A stretch of DNA of 64,000 bases from Bacillota bacterium (GTDB lineage Bacteria; Bacillota; Sulfobacillia; Sulfobacillales; JAIMBI01), in NCBI GenBank assembly GCA_021820465.1, contig JAKADP010000002.1, positions 39,301-103,300 on the forward strand. The letters are read 5' to 3'. Numbering within the stretch: the stretch's first letter is position 1; the number at the start of each line of letters is the position of its first letter. Shown piece by piece: positions 57,019 to 64,000 of this stretch. Both the position numbers and the translations under genes were made by a program. The notes beneath the pieces were generated by a model, which saw only the letters and a list, made by a program, of their open reading frames with translations, ran no database searches and had not been told where the DNA came from.

Positions 57019-58589
57019 GCCAGCCTGGGCGTTCCGCCGCTCCGGGGCCGGGCGTGGCGCGCCTGCCGCGGGATGTGCTCCGCTACCTGCCGGCCTCCGT
57101 GGTGCCTGCGCTGTGCGCGGTGGTCGGCACCGTGCTGTTTACTCGGCTGTTTTCGCCCGCGGCCTACGGGCTCTTTAGTCTAGTGGTGTCCGTCACGGGC
57201 CCGATGAGCACGGTGCTGGGGCAGCCCAGTGGGCAAGCGGCCAGCCGGTTCGCGTCGGAGTACCGCGCTGGCGGGCAGGAGTTGCTTTACCGAACCGTCA
57301 TGACGGTGCTGGTGGCCGCGGCCGCAGGGGGGGCCCTCGGGATCCTCGTGGTCGGGCTCGCCGTCTCGGCGCTGATGGGAGGAGGCCCGGAGGGCCGCCT
57401 GGCGCTGTGGGGCGCCGCCGGCCTCCTGGTGGCAGGGTCCGCCGTGAGCACGGCGCTCCTGCCGATGCTCGCCGCGAACTTCCGCCCACGCGCGTACACG
57501 GCGGCGGTCATCGGCTTGGCCGTGCTGTCGGTAGGGGTGTCGGGCGGCCTTGTGCTCTGGGCGGGGCCGCACGTCGTATACCTGGTGCTGGGGCAGGTGG
57601 CGGCGTCGCTGTTGGTGCTGCCGCTGGTGGTGCGCCGCGTGGGCCTCGTGGGTCCCCGCCCGCTCCGCCTGGTGATGGATGGACCTGCCGCACGCCAGGT
57701 GCTGGGCCGATTTCTGCGGTACGGCGTGCCGCTGGCCCCCTGGTTTCTGGCGATGTCGCTCCTGAGCAGCGGGGACCGCTACATTCTGGCGTGGCTTGCG
57801 GGGACGCGGGCGGTGGGCGTCTACAGTGTCAACTACAACCTCGCCAGTCAATCCGTGGGCCTGTTGAACATGCCCATGGTCACGGCGGCGTGGCCGGTGC
57901 TGGCCCGGCAGTGGGCGGGAGAGCGGCGAGCCGCCATGGCCAGGAGCCTGACCGCCGTCTCAACATTTTATCTGAGGCTTTCGCTGGGGGCGGCCGCGGT
58001 TGTCTGGGCGGCCAGCCGCCCTCTAACCACGCTGCTGCTGGGTGCCGCCTTTCGGGGCGGGGTCGGGGTCTTTGGCCCTATCCTGGCGGCCATGGTCCTG
58101 TGGGGGCTTGCCCGGGTGGGCCAAAAGAGCCTGGAGCTTCATGAGCGCACCGCATGGATGGTCAAGGACGCGGCCGTGGCCGCAGGCGTCGGGCTCCTGC
58201 TCACGGTCCTCTTGGTGCCCCGATGGCCGTACATGGGAGCGGCCTGGGCGACGCTGGCCGGCTATTCCGTATATGCGGTCCTCATTTGGCGCGACGCGCG
58301 GCGGTGCGTGCCGTGGACCTTGGACGGGCGGGTGGGGCTATCCACGATGGCCATCGCGAGCGCGGCCGCCATCGTGGTGGCCTATGGCCTGCCTGCGCCC
58401 GCGTCGGCGGCCTGGGGGCTCCCGCTTGACGCGGCCGCGACGGCGGTCCTGTACGTGGCAGGCTTGGCCGTCTGCGAGCGCCTGCGCGGGGGTCGGCGGG
58501 CTCCCGGCGTCCGAGTGTGGAGGAACATCCTCGACGGACTATTATCGGTGCAGGAACAGGCGTATACTGGGACTAAAGGGGGATTATAG
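57015..58589 (+). CDS. Wzx-type polysaccharide flippase (MOP superfamily)
   Basis: FTRLFSPAAYG, DRYIL, VGVYS..Y, GAAWAT; many TM segments. Confidence 0.88.
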   Translation: MSQPGRSAAPGPGVARLPRDVLRYLPASVVPALCAVVGTVLFTRLFSPAAYGLFSLVVSVTGPMSTVLGQPSGQAASRFASEYRAGGQELLYRTVMTVLVAAAAGGALGILVVGLAVSALMGGGPEGRLALWGAAGLLVAGSAVSTALLPMLAANFRPRAYTAAVIGLAVLSVGVSGGLVLWAGPHVVYLVLGQVAASLLVLPLVVRRVGLVGPRPLRLVMDGPAARQVLGRFLRYGVPLAPWFLAMSLLSSGDRYILAWLAGTRAVGVYSVNYNLASQSVGLLNMPMVTAAWPVLARQWAGERRAAMARSLTAVSTFYLRLSLGAAAVVWAASRPLTTLLLGAAFRGGVGVFGPILAAMVLWGLARVGQKSLELHERTAWMVKDAAVAAGVGLLLTVLLVPRWPYMGAAWATLAGYSVYAVLIWRDARRCVPWTLDGRVGLSTMAIASAAAIVVAYGLPAPASAAWGLPLDAAATAVLYVAGLAVCERLRGGRRAPGVRVWRNILDGLLSVQEQAYTGTKGGL

Positions 58590-58594
58590 AAATT

Positions 58595-59287
58595 ATGGAC
58601 GCTGTGGTGCTGGCAGGAGGACAGGGCCTTCGGATCCGCAGGGTGACGGACGGCCCGAAGTGCCTGCTGCCGGTCGGGGGGACGGCCGTATTGGATCATG
58701 TGATTCGGTGGCTGCTGACCGGTGGGCTCATTGACCGGGTGTGGGTGGCGGCGGGGTACCAGGGTGACCGCGTGCGCCACCACGTCGCGGCGCGCTATCC
58801 CCATTCGCAGGTGCGGGTGCAGGTGGAGCCGGAGCCGTTGGGGACCGGGGGCGCGCTCGCCCACCTGCGCCGCGGGGTGGGGGCGGCCTTGAGTGACCCG
58901 CTGGTGGTGGCGAACGGCGACACGCTGCTGGTTGGGGACCTGGAGGGGCTGCTGCGGTGCCATCGCTCGTCGCGGGCTTGGGTGACGACGGCCGCGATTC
59001 CGGCCATGCGCCGGGACGCCGACGGCCTCCTTGCCCCCACGCTGCCGGGGCCGGTGCGGCGCATGGGCCGCGGCCTGTCCGAGCCCGGGACCTTGGGCAG
59101 TGCTGGGCTGTCGGTCATGGCCGGCGCGGCCCTGGACCGCGCAACCTGCCCGGGGTCGCTGGACACCGTGCTGGCCGGCCTCGTGGCGGAGTGTCGGGGG
59201 CGGGTGTGGGCCTACCCCTGGCACGCCGCGGTCGACGTGGGAACGCCTCGGCGCTACCGGGCCGTCGCGGTGCTCCATGGCTGCTGA
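58595..59287 (+). CDS. hddC: sugar-1-phosphate nucleotidyltransferase, probable heptose-1-P guanylyltransferase
   Basis: LAGGQG.R...PK, EPLGTGGAL, NGD, DVGTP; adjacent to hddA/gmhA/gmhB. Confidence 0.75.
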   Translation: MDAVVLAGGQGLRIRRVTDGPKCLLPVGGTAVLDHVIRWLLTGGLIDRVWVAAGYQGDRVRHHVAARYPHSQVRVQVEPEPLGTGGALAHLRRGVGAALSDPLVVANGDTLLVGDLEGLLRCHRSSRAWVTTAAIPAMRRDADGLLAPTLPGPVRRMGRGLSEPGTLGSAGLSVMAGAALDRATCPGSLDTVLAGLVAECRGRVWAYPWHAAVDVGTPRRYRAVAVLHGC

Positions 59288-60371
59288 CGGGCCGGGCGCG
59301 CCGGGCGGGCCGGCCGGCATGGTTCGGAGCCGCGTGCCCCTCCGCGTCAGCTTCGGCGGCGGGGGGACGGACGTCGCGCCGTACTCAGAGCAGGCGGGCG
59401 GAGTGGCCCTCTCGGCAACGATCGCGCGGTATGTCGTGGCCACCGTCGCCCCCCAGGGAACGTCGGAGGTGGCCGTGCACTCGGTGGACTGCCGCACGAA
59501 CACCACGTTCAGCATCCATGGGGATCCGCTGTACGACGGGAACCTGGATTTGGTGAAGGCGGTCGTACACCGCGTAGACCCCTCGTGGCGGTGTGGGCTG
59601 TCCGTGCAGCTGGAGTCCGACGCCATTGCCGGCTCCGGACTGGGCGCCTCGTCAGCAGTGGTCGTGGCGACGATCCTGGCAGTGGCGCGGGTGCTGGGGG
59701 TGCACGTCGAGTGGGAGCAAGCGGCCCGCCTGGCGTATCGCGTCGAGCGGGAGGATCTGGGAATTGCCGGGGGGTATCAGGACCAGTACGCCGCCGCCTT
59801 GGGGGGGCTCAACTGGATGGAGTTTGGGCCGGGACAGGCGGTCCGCGTCGAGCCGGTGGCCGTGGCCCGCGATGTACTGGAAGAGTTGGAGTGCCGCCTC
59901 GTGCTGTGGTATGTGGGCAAGACGCATGTGTCGGGCGGCATTCTCGAGCGGCAGATTCACAACGTGCGCACCGGGCAGGGCGAGACACGAGCCGCCTTGG
60001 ACCGCGCCAAGTGCGTCGCCCTCGACCTCCGACGCGCCCTGGTGCGGGGACGGCTCGATGACTTTGGCGCCCTGCTCCACGAAGGATGGGCCGCCAAGCG
60101 GCAATTCGCCGTGGGGGTGACCGATCCGCAGATTGATGCGCTGTACGCGGCCGCCCGGGGTGCAGGTGCGCTGGGCGGGAAAATTTTGGGTGCCGGGGGA
60201 GGGGGATTTCTCCTGGTGTACGTCCCCGACCGCCAGCGGTCCCGTGTCCTCGGCGCCCTGGAAGCGGTGGGCGGGGCCCGGGCGCCGGGCGTGCTGTTTG
60301 ACCCGCGGGGGCCTAGGACTTGGTGGGCTGGGCCGGCGGCGGGGGCCCGACTGCGCGGCTTCATGGCCTAG
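59277..60371 (+). CDS. hddA: D-glycero-alpha-D-manno-heptose-7-phosphate kinase (GHMP)
   Basis: PLRVSFGGGGTD, GSGLGASS, GYQDQYAAA, KILGAGGGGF. Confidence 0.88.
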   Translation: MAADGPGAPGGPAGMVRSRVPLRVSFGGGGTDVAPYSEQAGGVALSATIARYVVATVAPQGTSEVAVHSVDCRTNTTFSIHGDPLYDGNLDLVKAVVHRVDPSWRCGLSVQLESDAIAGSGLGASSAVVVATILAVARVLGVHVEWEQAARLAYRVEREDLGIAGGYQDQYAAALGGLNWMEFGPGQAVRVEPVAVARDVLEELECRLVLWYVGKTHVSGGILERQIHNVRTGQGETRAALDRAKCVALDLRRALVRGRLDDFGALLHEGWAAKRQFAVGVTDPQIDALYAAARGAGALGGKILGAGGGGFLLVYVPDRQRSRVLGALEAVGGARAPGVLFDPRGPRTWWAGPAAGARLRGFMA

Positions 60372-60430
60372 CGGCCGGTGAGGGACTTTGAGGACAGGCA
60401 GGCGACCGGAGTCGGAAGGAGGCGTGAACC

Positions 60431-61048
60431 ATGCTCAGGGGGGAATTCGCCCTCGCGGAAGGGGGGCCGTGGGCTATCCTGGCTCGTCAGAGGGTGGCTG
60501 AGAGCGTCGCGGTGAAACAGCGCCTGCTGGGCGATGCCCGGTGGGACGGCGCGGTGGAGCAGGCGCTCTCGCTGGTGGCGGGCGCGGTGCGGGCCGGGCA
60601 CAAGCTCCTCGTGTGCGGCAACGGCGGCAGTGCGTGCGATGCGCAGCACATTGCCGAAGAACTGCTAGGGCGCTTCCGCCGCGAGCGCGACGCTTGGCCG
60701 GCGCTGTGCCTCGGCGCCAACATGGGGGCGCTGACGGCCATCGCGAACGACTACGGGTACGACTGGGTGTTCAGCCGGGAGCTTCAGGCGTTTGGGCAGC
60801 GCGGCGACGTCCTGCTGGCGCTGTCCACGTCAGGCCGGTCGCCCAGCATCCTCAGGGCAGCCGAGTCCGCGCGGACCCTGGGCGTCAGCGTGGTGGCGCT
60901 CACCGGGGAGGCCGGCGGCCCCCTAGCCGCCATGGCCGACGTGACGCTGGCGGTGCCGTCGCAGGACACGGCGCACATCCAAGAGGCGCACATCACGCTG
61001 GGCCACATCTTGGCCGAAGTGGTCGAGCGGACGCTGGCCGGCGCATGA
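60431..61048 (+). CDS. gmhA: sedoheptulose-7-phosphate isomerase
   Basis: CGNGGSACDAQH, TAIANDYGY, STSG.S, IQEAH. Confidence 0.93.
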   Translation: MLRGEFALAEGGPWAILARQRVAESVAVKQRLLGDARWDGAVEQALSLVAGAVRAGHKLLVCGNGGSACDAQHIAEELLGRFRRERDAWPALCLGANMGALTAIANDYGYDWVFSRELQAFGQRGDVLLALSTSGRSPSILRAAESARTLGVSVVALTGEAGGPLAAMADVTLAVPSQDTAHIQEAHITLGHILAEVVERTLAGA

Positions 61049-61689
61049 GCCGCGCCGCCGTCTTTTTGGACCGCGACGGCACGCTGGTGGACGAGCGGGG
61101 ACCCGTCGCCGCGTTTTCAGCCGATTGGCTCTATCCCTACAGCATCCCCACCTTGGCGCGGCTTCGGGCCATGGGCTTTCTGCTCTTTGTGGTCAGCAAC
61201 CAAGCCGCGGTGGCCCGGGGCCTCGTCACGGTGGATCAGGTGGACGCGGTTCACCGCGCGCTGACGAACCAGTTGGCCGCTCGGGGGGTGCACCTGCAGG
61301 GCATTCGCTACTGTCCGCATCATCCTCGGGGCAGTGTGCCCGAATACCGCCGAGACTGCGCCGGGCGAAAGCCCGGGGCGGGCCTCCTGCGCGAGCTGGC
61401 CGAGCAGTTCGACGTAGACCTGCGTCGGTCCTGGATGGTGGGAGACCATGCCACCGACGTGCTGGCGGGGCGGGCGGCCGGAACCCGCACGTGTCTCGTG
61501 GGGACCGGGCATGGATCGGAGTGGGCCGCGTGGGCCCAGCGCAGGCCCTGGCTCGCCCGCGCCTCGACGCTGGCCGACCTGCCCCGCTTGATCGCGCAAA
61601 AAACTTCGCCATCCCCGATTAGATGGCAGGATATGGGATGCAAGGGGTCGAATGGATGTCAGCGAGACGGGAGTAAACGTGGGATGTGA
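61045..61689 (+). CDS. gmhB: heptose-1,7-bisphosphate phosphatase (HAD IIIA)
   Basis: FLDRDGTL, VSNQ, YCPHHP, RKP, MVGD..TD; ATGA overlap with gmhA. Confidence 0.9.
   Translation: MSRAAVFLDRDGTLVDERGPVAAFSADWLYPYSIPTLARLRAMGFLLFVVSNQAAVARGLVTVDQVDAVHRALTNQLAARGVHLQGIRYCPHHPRGSVPEYRRDCAGRKPGAGLLRELAEQFDVDLRRSWMVGDHATDVLAGRAAGTRTCLVGTGHGSEWAAWAQRRPWLARASTLADLPRLIAQKTSPSPIRWQDMGCKGSNGCQRDGSKRGM
61626..61653 (+). promoter_or_regulatory. sigma-H-type promoter inside the gmhB 3' tail
   Basis: GCAGGATAT-12 nt-GTCGAAT, a full match to RNAGGAWWW-N11/12-RNNGAAT. Confidence 0.55.
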
Positions 61690-62717
61690 TGGATGTGGGA
61701 GAGGGAGCGGGCGCCGCCGATCGTGTCCAGATCGCTGCCGACGGCACTTCGGCGTGGCCCGGCGTGAACTGGGCAGCCCCCCCAGCGCGGGGCTCTGTGG
61801 TGGTGGTCATCCCGGCGCACAACGAGGAGCGCTTCATCGGGAGCGTGGTGCTGGCGAGTCGGCATTATGCCGACGTCGTGGTGGTCGTGGACGACGGGTC
61901 GACGGATGGGACCGCACGGCTGGCGGAGGACGCCGGTGCGGTGGTGGTGCGGCAGGGCGAGCAGAGCGGCAAGGCCCGCGCTCTCACCGTGGGGTTCCAG
62001 GAGGCGCACCGCCGAGCCGCGGATGTGGTGGTGATGCTGGACGGCGATGCGCAGCACGACCCGGAGGATATCCCGCGTCTGGCAGCGCCGATCCTGTCCG
62101 GGGAGGCCGAGGTGGTTATTGGATCGCGCTTTCTGGATAGGACCAGTGAGGCGCCAGGGTGGCGCCGCGCCGGGCAGCGCGCGCTCACGGTCGCCACCAA
62201 CGCGGCCAGCGGGATCGCCGTCACCGATTCGCAGTCGGGCTACCGCGCGCTGGCGGGGCGGCTGGCGGCCAACATGCGGCTCACCAGCCGGGGGCTGGGC
62301 GCCGAGTCCGAAATGCAGTGGTGGCTGGCGCAGGTGGCTCCAGACGCCCGGGTGGTGGAAGTGGCCATCACGGTGCGGTATCGCGATGCGATGAAGAGAA
62401 ATCCGGTGCGGCATGGCCTCCTCGTGGTGGACACGCTGCTGCGGATAGTGGAGCGGCGCCATCCGCTGCTGCTGCTCACGCTGCCAGGAGTGCTGGTGGG
62501 CTTTCTGGGCACCTGGATGGGGATGGGGCTCCTGCACGCGACTCTCGCGGGGCGCGGCGCGTCGCCGATTTATGCTGCAGCAGCGTTTCTGCTGTTCATG
62601 GCGGGCCTGATGCTGGCCATCACGGGTGCGCTGATGCACCGCCTAGAGGACTTTCAAACGGCTATCCGCGAGCTTGTCACGCGCGCGGCGGCCCCCAGGT
62701 CCGGAGAGCCGACGTGA
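61686..62717 (+). CDS. GT2 glycosyltransferase, DPM/polyprenol-phosphate sugar synthase-like with two C-terminal TMs
   Basis: IPAHNEE, VDDGSTD, LDGDAQHDP, VIGSRF, DSQSGYRA. Confidence 0.88.
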   Translation: MMDVGEGAGAADRVQIAADGTSAWPGVNWAAPPARGSVVVVIPAHNEERFIGSVVLASRHYADVVVVVDDGSTDGTARLAEDAGAVVVRQGEQSGKARALTVGFQEAHRRAADVVVMLDGDAQHDPEDIPRLAAPILSGEAEVVIGSRFLDRTSEAPGWRRAGQRALTVATNAASGIAVTDSQSGYRALAGRLAANMRLTSRGLGAESEMQWWLAQVAPDARVVEVAITVRYRDAMKRNPVRHGLLVVDTLLRIVERRHPLLLLTLPGVLVGFLGTWMGMGLLHATLAGRGASPIYAAAAFLLFMAGLMLAITGALMHRLEDFQTAIRELVTRAAAPRSGEPT

Positions 62718-63733
62718 CGCCGCCCACCGTGAGCGTGGTGATTGTCGTCTATCGTCAGCGGCGCGATTTGGAGCGTCTCTTGCCCACGCTGGCCCACGCG
62801 ACGGACGACCCGCTGGAGGTTTTGGTGATTGACAACGGCGTGCCCAGAGAACCCGGCGACGACACCCAGGCCTGGCTGGCCGCGACCCACCCCGCAGTGC
62901 GCCTCCTCGCGCTGGATGCGAACGTGGGCTACGGCGCCGCCAATAATGTCGGCGTGCTGGAAGCCCGCGGCGAGTTCGTCCTGGTGCTGAACCCCGACAC
63001 GGAGGTAGAGCCCGGCGCCATCGACCAGCTGCGGGCGGCGCTCCAGCCCGGATGGTTCGCCAACCCGTGCCTGCTGCTGCCCGACGGCCGCGTCAACGCC
63101 GTGGGTCTGGCCGTCAGCCTCGGAGGCATTGCCACCTGCGACGGCCTGTACGGGCCCGTCCCCCCGGACAGCACCCCGCGGGCGGTCGCGGCCCTGTCGG
63201 GTGCCGCCATCTTTGGGCGGCGTCAAGATTGGCTGAAGGTGGGGGGGTTCGTGCCGGAGTACTTCCTGTACGGGGAAGACGTGGAGTGGTCCCTCCGGGC
63301 GCGCGCGCGCGGGTTTTCTCTGTTCTGTGTGCCCCAAGCCCGGGTGGTGCATCACTACCGCGCCACGATGCCGCCGCAGAAGTGGTTTTATCTGGCGCGC
63401 AATCGGCGGCTGACATTTCATCTGGCACTGGAACGGCACACCCAGCGCCGCCTGCGGGCCGTGTGGACCGTGACGAGCATGGCGCTGTGGCTGTATGCGG
63501 TCGGGCGCGGCCCCCGCTATGTGTGGGCCGACCTCGCGGCCATGCTGTGGGTTTGGCGCCGCCGGCGCTGGGTGGCGCGCCTCGCGGCGCGCCTCGCAGC
63601 GCGCCGGGAGGTCCCCGACCGCGACGTGATCCCACTGTGGGGGCAGGGCGGCTCGCCAATCCCGCCGGGCGTCGGGTGGGGCGGGCGGCTCTATGATGGC
63701 CTCGTGCGGCGACTGGCCGCCGGCGCGTCGTGA
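62714..63733 (+). CDS. GT2 glycosyltransferase (rhamnosyltransferase-like)
   Basis: VIDN, NVGYGAANN, LNPD, FLYGEDVEWSLR. Confidence 0.88.
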   Translation: MTPPTVSVVIVVYRQRRDLERLLPTLAHATDDPLEVLVIDNGVPREPGDDTQAWLAATHPAVRLLALDANVGYGAANNVGVLEARGEFVLVLNPDTEVEPGAIDQLRAALQPGWFANPCLLLPDGRVNAVGLAVSLGGIATCDGLYGPVPPDSTPRAVAALSGAAIFGRRQDWLKVGGFVPEYFLYGEDVEWSLRARARGFSLFCVPQARVVHHYRATMPPQKWFYLARNRRLTFHLALERHTQRRLRAVWTVTSMALWLYAVGRGPRYVWADLAAMLWVWRRRRWVARLAARLAARREVPDRDVIPLWGQGGSPIPPGVGWGGRLYDGLVRRLAAGAS

Positions 63734-64000
63734 ACATTGGGGTGGTGACCGCCACCTTTCCGCCGTATCGCGGCGGCACCGGGCACGTGGCGTTCCACAA
63801 CGCTCGGGTCTTGGCGGAGCGGGGCCACCAGGTAACCGTGTGGACGCGGGCCATGGCCGGGGAGGCGGATGGGCCGGGCGCCAGGGAGGAACTGCCATTC
63901 CGCGTCCAGCGGCTTCCGCCCATCGCGGCCGTGGGCAACGCGGCGTGGCTGCCGCGGCTGGCGGCGCGGCTGGCAGGCCATGAGGTGGTGCACGTCCACT
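63730..64000 (+). CDS. GT4 glycosyltransferase, 5' part (runs off window)
   Basis: GTGA overlap; NIGVVTATFPPYRGGTG...LAERGHQVTVWT GT4 N-terminal motif. Confidence 0.8.
   Translation, partial: MNIGVVTATFPPYRGGTGHVAFHNARVLAERGHQVTVWTRAMAGEADGPGAREELPFRVQRLPPIAAVGNAAWLPRLAARLAGHEVVHVH

Overview
Very GC-rich chromosomal window from a Bacillota (Firmicutes) bacterium. T-box leaders, an L20 leader, SigI/RsgI, CodY, a YtxC-like gene and sigma-H-type promoters point to this phylum; a Sulfobacillus-like high-GC lineage is my inference only. Most of it is housekeeping: hom-DUF309-fabI-hbd, tRNA-Gly/Cys/Val, thrS-infC-rpmI-rplT-trmH, pheST-zapA-mutS2, tyrS-nadE-yebC-ruvCAB, sigI-rsgI-yajC, a gdh/methylmalonyl-CoA operon, pxpBCA, and the start of a GDP-heptose surface-glycan cluster. 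I found no CRISPR array, integrase or IS element. The best candidates for undescribed biology are: (1) a four-gene ABC system whose two ATPases carry complementary degenerate motifs and whose permease is fused to an apparently dead M1-peptidase-like ectodomain, next to a YGDEF-variant cyclase; (2) a CodY homologue lacking the branched-chain-amino-acid-binding segment, divergent from pxpBCA; (3) a MarR-CLC module with a shared palindromic operator and altered anion-binding residues. All assignments come from reading motifs by eye; no searches were run.
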